From Aureispira anguillae (GTDB lineage: Bacteria; Bacteroidota; Bacteroidia; Chitinophagales; Saprospiraceae): DNA of 64,000 nt. The position numbers and the translations under genes are program-made. Positions 52,441 to 60,736 of this stretch are shown one piece after another (the first letter of the stretch is position 1; the number at the start of each line of letters is the position of its first letter). Below the pieces are notes generated by a model. The model was given only the letters and a program-made list of their open reading frames with translations. It was not told the DNA's origin and made no database searches. Location: assembly GCF_026000115.1 (NCBI RefSeq), contig NZ_AP026867.1, positions 2,649,716 to 2,713,715 of the forward strand, in the 5' to 3' direction.

Positions 52441-53347
52441 TTTCTAATCGTCTATTTATAAATACGTTAGTTGGACCTTTTCTTCCTACTATTCCTTCAA
52501 AACCAGCATCTAAAAGCGCCTTGGTTATTTTCTTTCGATCAACATATTTGTCATGTATTTCTACAATCAAAATTCTTACTCTCTGAAACCATTTTGGATT
52601 GTCCAATATAGCAGGTTCCTCAGCTCCTTCAATGTCCATTTTTAATATATCCACAATATCCATATTATGGCGATCAAAAACAACATCTACAGGAATTGCT
52701 TCAACTTCTTCAGGAGGAAGTTTGTGGTTGTACTCAACACGTCCTTCATTAGATTGGCGTTTATCTGCAATGTCCTTATTAACAGTACTTGAACTCCACC
52801 ACTCATTTGGATACAAGGTTACAGATCCCACACTAGATTGAATCGCCGCAGTCTCAACCCCCCAAGAGAAATTATTATTTGAAGCATTTTTCTTTATCAT
52901 TTCTACGTTGTGGCTAACAGGTTCTACACAAACTACTTTTGCATTGGGAAACCTATTCTGAAAGTAAAGTGATGTTAATCCAATATTAGCCCCTAGATCC
53001 ACAACACTTTTGACATTCGGCACAATTGACTCATAATCAAAATCATAAATATTTTGTATAAAATTCTCTCTTAAGATATAGAGATCACTTTGATTTTGAC
53101 GAAACTCAAGCACCAAGGGTCTATTGTGTAGCGTAAGTTTAATTTTAGCAGTTTCTCTAGATATCAAAGGCTGAAAAAACATCCCCATGTGGTATTTTTT
53201 AAGCCAAAAAGCAAGCGTTTTAAATTCTTCTTTTGATACTTGTTCTTTTGCTTGTTTTTTTTCTTCAGACCATTCTGAAAATTGTCTTTTTGCCACTTGA
53301 TAGAGTGACATTTTGGGATCTCCATCCCGACGTAAGTACTTAAACAT
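52430..53347 (-). CDS. FkbM-family methyltransferase
   Basis: 305 aa. VVDLGANIGLTSLYF and ILKMDIEGAEEPAIL. Confidence 0.7.
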   Translation of the reverse strand: MFKYLRRDGDPKMSLYQVAKRQFSEWSEEKKQAKEQVSKEEFKTLAFWLKKYHMGMFFQPLISRETAKIKLTLHNRPLVLEFRQNQSDLYILRENFIQNIYDFDYESIVPNVKSVVDLGANIGLTSLYFQNRFPNAKVVCVEPVSHNVEMIKKNASNNNFSWGVETAAIQSSVGSVTLYPNEWWSSSTVNKDIADKRQSNEGRVEYNHKLPPEEVEAIPVDVVFDRHNMDIVDILKMDIEGAEEPAILDNPKWFQRVRILIVEIHDKYVDRKKITKALLDAGFEGIVGRKGPTNVFINRRLENGK

Positions 53348-53414
53348 AAATTTTAGTTATTTATTTATAATAGTCCGTCCTATAGTGTTATGCACAGTTT
53401 TTAACAGACTAATG

Positions 53415-54104
53415 TTATTTAGACCAATTCAAAAAACTTGAATAGGCTTTTGGTATTCCAATATGCATCGAAGGTTTTCCGTGGTTATAATAACCAAGCT
53501 TACCTAATGCTGCTAATGGTTTGAATAGATCGTCTTCGTTTAGAAATTCAAGTGGATCATTTTTTAAAACTGCTAACGCTTGTTTATCTATCACCATCAT
53601 TCCAACATCAACATGAGTCATTGCCCCATCATTCTTAGAATAGATTTTGATTCCATTGCTATCAAGCATTATATTTGCATTCTCCTTTGCTATTTCTTTT
53701 TCACAGACAGACAAACATGCCAGATGTTCATCCTTAACTGCATGGAGTAGTTTTTTCAGATCAACAGTAGGATATACGTCCCCATATGTAAAAATAAATT
53801 GGGGAGGCAGGCAACTTTCTGCAAATTTCAATGCTCCAATAACGCCTAATGGATAAGGTTCTATCGTGGCTGATATTTTCAAATTTCCATTTGATTGATG
53901 CAACCAATTCATAGCTGCCTCCCAAACCTGATCTGCCCCCACTCCTAACAATAAGTGAACACGTTCACAGTTCACACTAGACCAATAGTCTAATACTTTG
54001 TGAAGAAAAACCCCACTGGGAACAGGTGCTAAGATTTTAGGACTATCCTTAAGAATATCTTTCATTCTTGTTCCCTTTCCACCGCATGCTATTACAACTT
54101 CCAT
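53415..54104 (-). CDS. Sugar-phosphate nucleotidyltransferase (heptose-1-phosphate guanylyl/nucleotidyltransferase-like)
   Basis: 229 aa. N-terminal VVIACGGKGTRMKD is the NTP-transferase G-x-G-T-R motif. The heptose-1-P substrate is inferred from context. Confidence 0.7.
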   Translation of the reverse strand: MEVVIACGGKGTRMKDILKDSPKILAPVPSGVFLHKVLDYWSSVNCERVHLLLGVGADQVWEAAMNWLHQSNGNLKISATIEPYPLGVIGALKFAESCLPPQFIFTYGDVYPTVDLKKLLHAVKDEHLACLSVCEKEIAKENANIMLDSNGIKIYSKNDGAMTHVDVGMMVIDKQALAVLKNDPLEFLNEDDLFKPLAALGKLGYYNHGKPSMHIGIPKAYSSFLNWSK

Positions 54105-54110
54105 AAGATA

Positions 54111-54701
54111 TTATTTAGAAAGTCTTTTTCTTATTTCTGCGCAAATCACATGATGCAAGCAAACATGAATAGACTCTGTAACAGGCGTAATATATTCTTT
54201 CTCTGGTGTTGGAACGACTAAGGCGACATCGCATAATTTAGCAAATGTTCCTCCTCCTGCGCCCGCAAATCCAATTGTTTTGGCACCACGTGATTTTGCT
54301 AATTCAATAGCCTTTACAAGATTTCCAGACCATCCACTACCACCATGTACAGAAAACAGCACTAAAATATCATCTTTTTTAATCCATGGGTCCAACATTC
54401 CATACCAAGCATTTTCCCAATCTGTATCGTTGGTCCATGCTGTATGCGCACTATAATTACTAACTAAATCCAGTGTGCGAAACCCACCGTTGTCTCCTGT
54501 TGCATACTTTGCCAAATCAGCTACAAAATGAGCTGCTGTTGAAGCAGAGCCCCCATTACCAACAGAATAGATAACATTATCCGTTTTATGTACTGATAAA
54601 ATTAAATCTACTGCTTTTTGTACAGACTCTAAATCAACCTTTTGCATTGATTTAATCATTTCTTCGGTAGCTACTTGTAAGCTATTTTCTACTGTGTTCA
54701 T
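54111..54701 (-). CDS. gmhA: Sedoheptulose-7-phosphate isomerase (SIS domain, GmhA)
   Basis: 196 aa. VIYSVGNGGSASTAAHFVADL and ILVLFSVHGGSGWSGNLVKAIELAKSRGAKTIGFAG match GmhA. Confidence 0.8.
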   Translation of the reverse strand: MNTVENSLQVATEEMIKSMQKVDLESVQKAVDLILSVHKTDNVIYSVGNGGSASTAAHFVADLAKYATGDNGGFRTLDLVSNYSAHTAWTNDTDWENAWYGMLDPWIKKDDILVLFSVHGGSGWSGNLVKAIELAKSRGAKTIGFAGAGGGTFAKLCDVALVVPTPEKEYITPVTESIHVCLHHVICAEIRKRLSK

Positions 54702-54707
54702 CTTTCT

Positions 54708-55634
54708 TTATTTTAATTTAAATTCTTTTACTTTATTTACCCCTTCTGTTGAAACAGTTGTTTCGACGATTTTAAACTCAAGTTTTTTGAGCGCATTAAT
54801 CACTTGTGTTCGTGTTTCAGATTTTCCACTAATAAGTACAAACCCTCCTGCTCCTGCTCCAATTGCTTTAGCACCACTAGCCCCTTTCTCTATTGCAGTC
54901 TGTATAATGGTATCTATGGTATCTGTTGTTGCCTCTGGTAAGCGTTTACATTTTGCAGCCCAATGACGGCGTAAAATGTCACCAAACATTTCTCCATCTT
55001 TTAATAAAATTGCTTTTTCAACTTCTTCGACTGAAGCTGGACGAGAATCATCGGTTCCATCCACATAAGAAGCTCCTAGGCTTTTTAATATTTTGCTTGC
55101 GTTTCTGCGAATACCCGTTTCAACCAATACAAAATTGTGCTCAAAAAGATACGCTAGACCATCCAACAAATCATTGCGTTTTTTTACGCTTATCTCACCA
55201 TTGGAATTCGCTACCATTTCAACACAGCCCCCCACTGCTGACGCTAATTGATCCTGAAAGCCAACGGGTTGATTTAATATTTCTCGTTCCCACTTGTAGG
55301 CCTTCAATCCAATATCAAGAGGCGTTTCTATTTTTCCCTTTTTTAAAAAATTACTTGCTGCTACCAGAGCCACAGCCACAGCCCCACTCCCTCCTAAACC
55401 AGCGCCTGGGCTTACTTCTGATTTAATATTCACATTAAAATTGGGATGTTCTTTTTTAAATAAATCATTTAACTGCGTAGAGTCATGTTTTATATCTGTT
55501 CCTACCGAAACTTTGACTTTTAATTTTAGAGATACAGCCAAAAGATGCGCTCCTGATTTTAGATAACATTCAGGCAGGTCAGTCCCTCCTCCAGCTAGAG
55601 AAAGTCTCAGAGGAGCATAAAATTCTAAATTCAT
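54708..55634 (-). CDS. hddA: GHMP-family sugar kinase (D-glycero-D-manno-heptose 7-phosphate kinase-like)
   Basis: 308 aa. N-terminal APLRLSLAGGGTDLPEC and GHMP motif SPGAGLGGSGAVAVALV. HddA-like architecture. Confidence 0.7.
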   Translation of the reverse strand: MNLEFYAPLRLSLAGGGTDLPECYLKSGAHLLAVSLKLKVKVSVGTDIKHDSTQLNDLFKKEHPNFNVNIKSEVSPGAGLGGSGAVAVALVAASNFLKKGKIETPLDIGLKAYKWEREILNQPVGFQDQLASAVGGCVEMVANSNGEISVKKRNDLLDGLAYLFEHNFVLVETGIRRNASKILKSLGASYVDGTDDSRPASVEEVEKAILLKDGEMFGDILRRHWAAKCKRLPEATTDTIDTIIQTAIEKGASGAKAIGAGAGGFVLISGKSETRTQVINALKKLEFKIVETTVSTEGVNKVKEFKLK

Positions 55635-55695
55635 GGTTTAATTTTTAATCGTTAATCATCAACTGTGCAGCACTCATGCCATAATCAACAGAGTG

Positions 55696-56625
55696 TCATA
55701 ATAGCGTAAGCCAATTAAATGTATCCTCCTTTCTACCTTCACATATACCTAAATAAGTTGTTTGTAGTTTTTGGGTAATCGGTCCAACTGCCCCATTTCC
55801 AATATCAATTTTATCAATACTAAGCACAGGAGTCAACTCCGCCAATGTTCCTGTAAGAAATATTTCATCTGCCCAGTAAAGTTCTGTTCTAGGAATATCT
55901 CTTTCAACTACCTGAATCTTGAAATGAGATCTTAAGAGATTAATACAATTACTTCTGGTAATACTTTCTAGAATTCCAGCAGAAATTGGAGGAGTAATCA
56001 CTTGACCATTTCTAACCATAAAAATAGTAGCTCCAGTAGTTTCAGCTACCAAACCTTTATCGTTCAACAAAATTGCTTCATCATAACCGCCATTAAGTGC
56101 ATCAATCATTGGTAGTTTAAAGGATTGATAAGCAGCTCCTGCTTTTAGCAAAGGCGACATACTCAAATCATTCATTCTTCTCCATGAGCTAACACAACAC
56201 TTAATTCCCTCTTGAATCGAGGGACTACGTTCAACAGGAAAAGCAACAATATAAGCTCCATTCTTCACCTCGCCATAGCCCTCACCATATCTACCTTTTT
56301 CAACATATACAGTAGGACGTACATAAATATGCCCTTCTAATTTTAGCGCATTAATTAAATCTATGATTCCAGCCTTAAGCTCTTCTTTAGTAAAAGGACT
56401 AGCAATGCGTAGGATTTTAAGCGCAGAAAATAACCTATTTAGATGTTGTTCAAGAGAGATCAAAGCATGAGATCCATCTTTTTGTTGATAACAACGTATC
56501 CCCTCAAATATATTCGCTCCACGTGTCGCTAATTCTGACCAAACATGAACCGTAGCATTTTCCCAAGGTTCTACGTTTCCATTAAACCAAATTAGAGAAG
56601 GCTGTTCCTGTTTTTTCATAATCAA
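55696..56625 (-). CDS. ilvE: Fold-type IV PLP aminotransferase, IlvE-like (branched-chain amino acid aminotransferase)
   Basis: 309 aa. IWFNGNVEPWENATVHVWSELATRGANIFEGIRCY, VRPTVYV and ETTGATIFMVRNGQVITPP..GILESITR are colinear with E. coli IlvE. Confidence 0.75.
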   Translation of the reverse strand: MIMKKQEQPSLIWFNGNVEPWENATVHVWSELATRGANIFEGIRCYQQKDGSHALISLEQHLNRLFSALKILRIASPFTKEELKAGIIDLINALKLEGHIYVRPTVYVEKGRYGEGYGEVKNGAYIVAFPVERSPSIQEGIKCCVSSWRRMNDLSMSPLLKAGAAYQSFKLPMIDALNGGYDEAILLNDKGLVAETTGATIFMVRNGQVITPPISAGILESITRSNCINLLRSHFKIQVVERDIPRTELYWADEIFLTGTLAELTPVLSIDKIDIGNGAVGPITQKLQTTYLGICEGRKEDTFNWLTLL

Positions 56626-57646
56626 TTGGGTTTATTTTAATTCTACATTCTTTTTTTGCGGCTAAATAAGCCATTTCAACAAACTGACTCGCTCGAACAC
56701 CATCTATGCCCGTTCCCAATAATTCTCCTCCATTTAGCAGAAAATCTACAAAATGATTCCATTCATTTTTCCAAGATTTATCCCCTCCTCTATAATCAAT
56801 AACTTCTTCTTTGAATGGTCCATTCGGGTCCCGTTTTCCAATTCTGAGTCGTTGCACATCATAGCTTCCACCAAGACCATTTATCTCAACATAACCCATT
56901 GTTCCATACAACTCCAATCGGAATCGATTTCGCCATTGCGTTATAGAAGAATTAACGGTAACTGAAACGCCATCTGAGCGGTGGAACAATGCTGTTGCAG
57001 TATCTTCTAGAGGAGCGATTGGGAAAACAAGCGTTGCAACATTGGCAGAAACAGCCTCAAATTCTCCAACAAACCACCTAAAAAGGTCAATACAGTGAAT
57101 CCCCTGCTCCATTAGTTGTCCACCTGCTGTTATTTCTACATCTGAACGCCACTCTTTTTCGCAATTTTCTCTTCCGCAGATGCCATACAAAGCTCTTCCT
57201 GTAATCGGTTTTCCAATTGCGCCACTTTTTATTAATTCATTCGCCTTTATCATAGCAGGATGGTGTCTATGATTAAAGCCACATTTTAGGATGACCTTAT
57301 TTTCTGCTGCCAATTGCACTAATTTTTGAGCATCACTTGACTTTCTTGTTAGTGGTTTTTCACAAAGGATGTGTTTCTTATTCTTTATAGCCGCTTGAGC
57401 TATTTCAAAATGCACATTAGGGGGGGTACAAATAACCACAATATCTATTTCTTCATCTTCAATGATATTTTTCCAATGTGGTACTGCTATTGCGTTTGCC
57501 TTTTGTGCAACTATCTTTACCTGCGTTTCGTCAACTCCTGCTATTGACTTTATTTCCGTATATGGATTTTCTTGAATAGATAGCAGCCTACGATTAGCTT
57601 GTAATCCTGAACCTACAATACCTATTTTCATTATTTGTTTATTCAC
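56582..57646 (-). CDS. Gfo/Idh/MocA-family NAD(P)-dependent oxidoreductase (WbpB-like sugar dehydrogenase candidate)
   Basis: 354 aa. MKIGIVGSGLQANRRL Rossmann N-terminus, EKPL motif (ILCEKPLTRK), and a C-terminal alpha/beta domain. Confidence 0.75.
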   Translation of the reverse strand: MNKQIMKIGIVGSGLQANRRLLSIQENPYTEIKSIAGVDETQVKIVAQKANAIAVPHWKNIIEDEEIDIVVICTPPNVHFEIAQAAIKNKKHILCEKPLTRKSSDAQKLVQLAAENKVILKCGFNHRHHPAMIKANELIKSGAIGKPITGRALYGICGRENCEKEWRSDVEITAGGQLMEQGIHCIDLFRWFVGEFEAVSANVATLVFPIAPLEDTATALFHRSDGVSVTVNSSITQWRNRFRLELYGTMGYVEINGLGGSYDVQRLRIGKRDPNGPFKEEVIDYRGGDKSWKNEWNHFVDFLLNGGELLGTGIDGVRASQFVEMAYLAAKKECRIKINPIDYEKTGTAFSNLV

Positions 57647-58904
57647 AGCCTGGTTTTAAATAGATTAAGTTTGTGTTTTTCACTTCATTTTGTTCATACA
57701 AATGCCATAGATCCATCAAAATGTTTCCATTCATTGCCTCTGATATATCCTGAACACTTATTCCCTTCGCACATCCTGATTTTAGAATAAGAACGACATC
57801 TGCATTTTGGATCGCTCCGATTGCGGTATCAAAGAGTTCTATATTTAGCGCTGTTTCTTTGACCATTGGATCAAAGGCCGTTATCGCTGCCTTGTACTGA
57901 TTTAAATATTGAATCACTTGCAAGCCTGGAGATCTTCTAAGCGTATCAGTGCCTTCTGTATATACAAGCCCTAATAGTGCAACCCGCTTATTCTCTAAAG
58001 AAGTAAATGCTTCTATTCTCTTAAAAAGGGTATCAATTCGATCCTCATTAATAGCAATTACAGTGTCAAATAAGGAGGTTTTTTTATTGGTCTTGCGCCC
58101 TATTTCCTGCAAAGAACGAATATCTCTGGCAAGCGTCCCTCCACTAAACCATGGTCCAGGAAGAAGTGGCATTCTATTGCTAATTCTTTGATCCTTTTTC
58201 ATGATTTCAACCACCTGATAAGCATCTGCTTGCATCGCTACTGCTATATCCGACAATTGATTTGAAAAACTAATTGATGTTGCTAAAAAAGAATTTATGG
58301 CATGCTTTGCCAATTCAGCTGTCCTGAGGTCACACAAAATTGGATTCTTATCAATCGAGGAAAGTAAATCTGCAATTTCTTTGGTATACGATCTGTCATT
58401 GGCTCCAATAACCGTCATATCTGGATTTTGAAATTTCTCTATTGCTTTTCCAAGTTGCAAATTTTCAGGTATATATGCGATTTTACTTCCATTCCTAATT
58501 TGCGCATCAGTTAATAACTTTTCGGTTGTTCCAATTGGAACTTGAGAACTAATCATATAATTCTTTATCGGCAAATCAGATAGCTTTTGCATAATTGCCT
58601 CAATAGAATCTAAACTACATACATCATTTTCATCAATGGGGGTATCAATTGTTATCCATACATAATCCGCCTTTGCCAAGGCTTCTATGTCCGAAACAAA
58701 TTCCAACCTATTTGCTGAAATTCCTTTAGTGATTAGCTCATTTAAATTGGGTTCAAATAAGGGCGCTTTTCCCAAATTTAATTGATCGACCTTTTCTCTA
58801 TCTTCATCAAAACCAATAATATGTTGAAAACTTTCGGACAGGGCAGCAGCCGTAACACAACCTAAGTGCCATAAACCAACAATAGCTATAGTTTTATTTA
58901 TCAT
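57639..58904 (-). CDS. Nucleotide-sugar 6-dehydrogenase (UDP-glucose/GDP-mannose dehydrogenase family; WbpA/TviB-like)
   Basis: 421 aa. TIAIVGLWHLGCVTAAAL (GxGxxG), a central dimerisation helix, and a C-terminal UDP-binding domain. Confidence 0.8.
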   Translation of the reverse strand: MINKTIAIVGLWHLGCVTAAALSESFQHIIGFDEDREKVDQLNLGKAPLFEPNLNELITKGISANRLEFVSDIEALAKADYVWITIDTPIDENDVCSLDSIEAIMQKLSDLPIKNYMISSQVPIGTTEKLLTDAQIRNGSKIAYIPENLQLGKAIEKFQNPDMTVIGANDRSYTKEIADLLSSIDKNPILCDLRTAELAKHAINSFLATSISFSNQLSDIAVAMQADAYQVVEIMKKDQRISNRMPLLPGPWFSGGTLARDIRSLQEIGRKTNKKTSLFDTVIAINEDRIDTLFKRIEAFTSLENKRVALLGLVYTEGTDTLRRSPGLQVIQYLNQYKAAITAFDPMVKETALNIELFDTAIGAIQNADVVLILKSGCAKGISVQDISEAMNGNILMDLWHLYEQNEVKNTNLIYLKPGCE

Positions 58905-59884
58905 TCTTTTAGGTAATTTATCATTCTTTCTACTGCGATTTCAACCGCTTTATCTGAATTATTGGGAGGATTCCAACCTATTTTTTCAACTTTAGAGACA
59001 TCTAACTGAACAACGGGTTGATCTCCAGGCCAGCCTATTTTACCACCAGTATAATTATAATCAACCCCTGATAAGCCCAAGGCTTTTGTGACATAATTTG
59101 CAATGGTAATAATAGATGTCACTTTTGTATTTCCTAGATTAAAAATCTCTACTTGATGATCGTTTGGAATTTCATAATTATCTAATAACCACAAGATTCC
59201 TTTGATGCAATCCTCGACCAAAAAATAACTTTTTGCCTGCTTCCCATCTCCTAGAATAGTGAGTTGAGTTGGATCCTCCTTCAACCTTGTAATAAAGTCC
59301 CTTATTGCTCCACGAGACATACGATTTCCCAATACATTTCCAAATCGAAAAATCCAGCCCCTTATCCCAAATAGATTGGCATAAGAAGAAATAAAAGCTT
59401 CAGCAGATATTTTGCCAGCGCCATACATAGATAATGGATACAAAGGAGCACTACTTTCCGTAACCTTTTGTTGCGACAAATTTCCATAGACAGCCCCAGT
59501 ACTAGAAAAAACGATGTCCTTTATTCCTTCCGCAACCATTGCATCAAGGATATTTCGAGTACCATAAACAGCAGAGTCAATATCAATTCGTGTATTCTTA
59601 ATGCCAATAGGGATATTTGCATTCCCCGCTAAATGCCAAACTTGTTGCTGGGACACCATTGCTTTACGAACAATATTTTCATCTTGAATATCTCCTTCAA
59701 TAAAGTTAAACCGTTCTCTTTTTTTTGCCTTTTCTAACCATGCCTGATTAGCATTTGATAGATTATCCAAAACTGTAATTGTTCGTCCTGAATCTAATAA
59801 AGCATCTACTAAATGGCTGCCTATAAAACCTGCTCCTCCTGTAACAATTACATTGTTAGGAATTGACTTAGGAATTGGTATCAT
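58901..59884 (-). CDS. Extended-SDR NAD-dependent epimerase/dehydratase (WbpP/TviC-like)
   Basis: 327 aa. NVIVTGGAGFIGSHLVDALL and a YxxxK catalytic region (MYGAGK). Confidence 0.8.
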   Translation of the reverse strand: MIPIPKSIPNNVIVTGGAGFIGSHLVDALLDSGRTITVLDNLSNANQAWLEKAKKRERFNFIEGDIQDENIVRKAMVSQQQVWHLAGNANIPIGIKNTRIDIDSAVYGTRNILDAMVAEGIKDIVFSSTGAVYGNLSQQKVTESSAPLYPLSMYGAGKISAEAFISSYANLFGIRGWIFRFGNVLGNRMSRGAIRDFITRLKEDPTQLTILGDGKQAKSYFLVEDCIKGILWLLDNYEIPNDHQVEIFNLGNTKVTSIITIANYVTKALGLSGVDYNYTGGKIGWPGDQPVVQLDVSKVEKIGWNPPNNSDKAVEIAVERMINYLKE

Positions 59885-60543
59885 ACATTTATCTTTGTTG
59901 CTGCATTATCAAATTCTGCCGCAGTATGTTTGGACATTTCATGTACCGTGCATTTTTGGAGAATAGCTGGCGTAACAGTACAAATATGGGGTCTTCCGAT
60001 CGCTGCACTTGTAATAGCAAACACCGTTCGTATACTCCCCACAATAATTTCGGTATCACTTCCTACTTCATCAATCCAATTTCTGACGCTAGCTATTTGC
60101 TCAACAGGATCAGCTCCTTGGTCACTAATTCTACCAAAAAACAAAGAAACATACCTAGCGCCAGCTTTTGCTGCCATAATTGCTTGAGGTGCCATCATAC
60201 AAGCGGTTGCATTAATAGCATACCCCTCGTCACTTAATTCCTTAATGATCGGAAGCAGTGATTTTCCATCTGCATCAACAACAGGTACCTTTATTACTAT
60301 ATTCTCTCCTAAACTTGCAAACTTCTTTGCTTGCTTTAGAATACTCTCTCGATCTTTCCCACTAACTTGAATAGAAACGGGTGCTCCATTTGCTGCTGCA
60401 ACCATTTTAATAAGATGAGAATCCACATCACTAATACCTTGTTTTTTTATAATCAAAGGATTCGTTGTAATCCCCTCTCCAACTCCAATATTGAACCAAT
60501 ATTTAATGCTTTCAATATCACAACTATCTACAAAAAATTTCAT
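59881..60543 (-). CDS. Fructose-6-phosphate aldolase / TalC-type short transaldolase
   Basis: 220 aa. MKFFVDSCDIESIKYWFNIGVGEGITTNPLII and IVIKVPV (Schiff-base Lys) are colinear with FsaA/TalC. Confidence 0.8.
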   Translation of the reverse strand: MKFFVDSCDIESIKYWFNIGVGEGITTNPLIIKKQGISDVDSHLIKMVAAANGAPVSIQVSGKDRESILKQAKKFASLGENIVIKVPVVDADGKSLLPIIKELSDEGYAINATACMMAPQAIMAAKAGARYVSLFFGRISDQGADPVEQIASVRNWIDEVGSDTEIIVGSIRTVFAITSAAIGRPHICTVTPAILQKCTVHEMSKHTAAEFDNAATKINV

Positions 60544-60736
60544 ATTATATTGTTTTTATAATACTCCTTGGATTAGTTACACACTGCATTTTTGAGCCCA
60601 TAAAATAGTTTTCAATTTTTATGAACTAAAGCATGAACGCAGTAAAAGGCAAACTATGAGCAAAAGGTGTTCAATAATTATTCACAGTCAACCAACTAAG
60701 TCCTACGCAGTCTCTTACGGAGTAATCTTTTATTAA

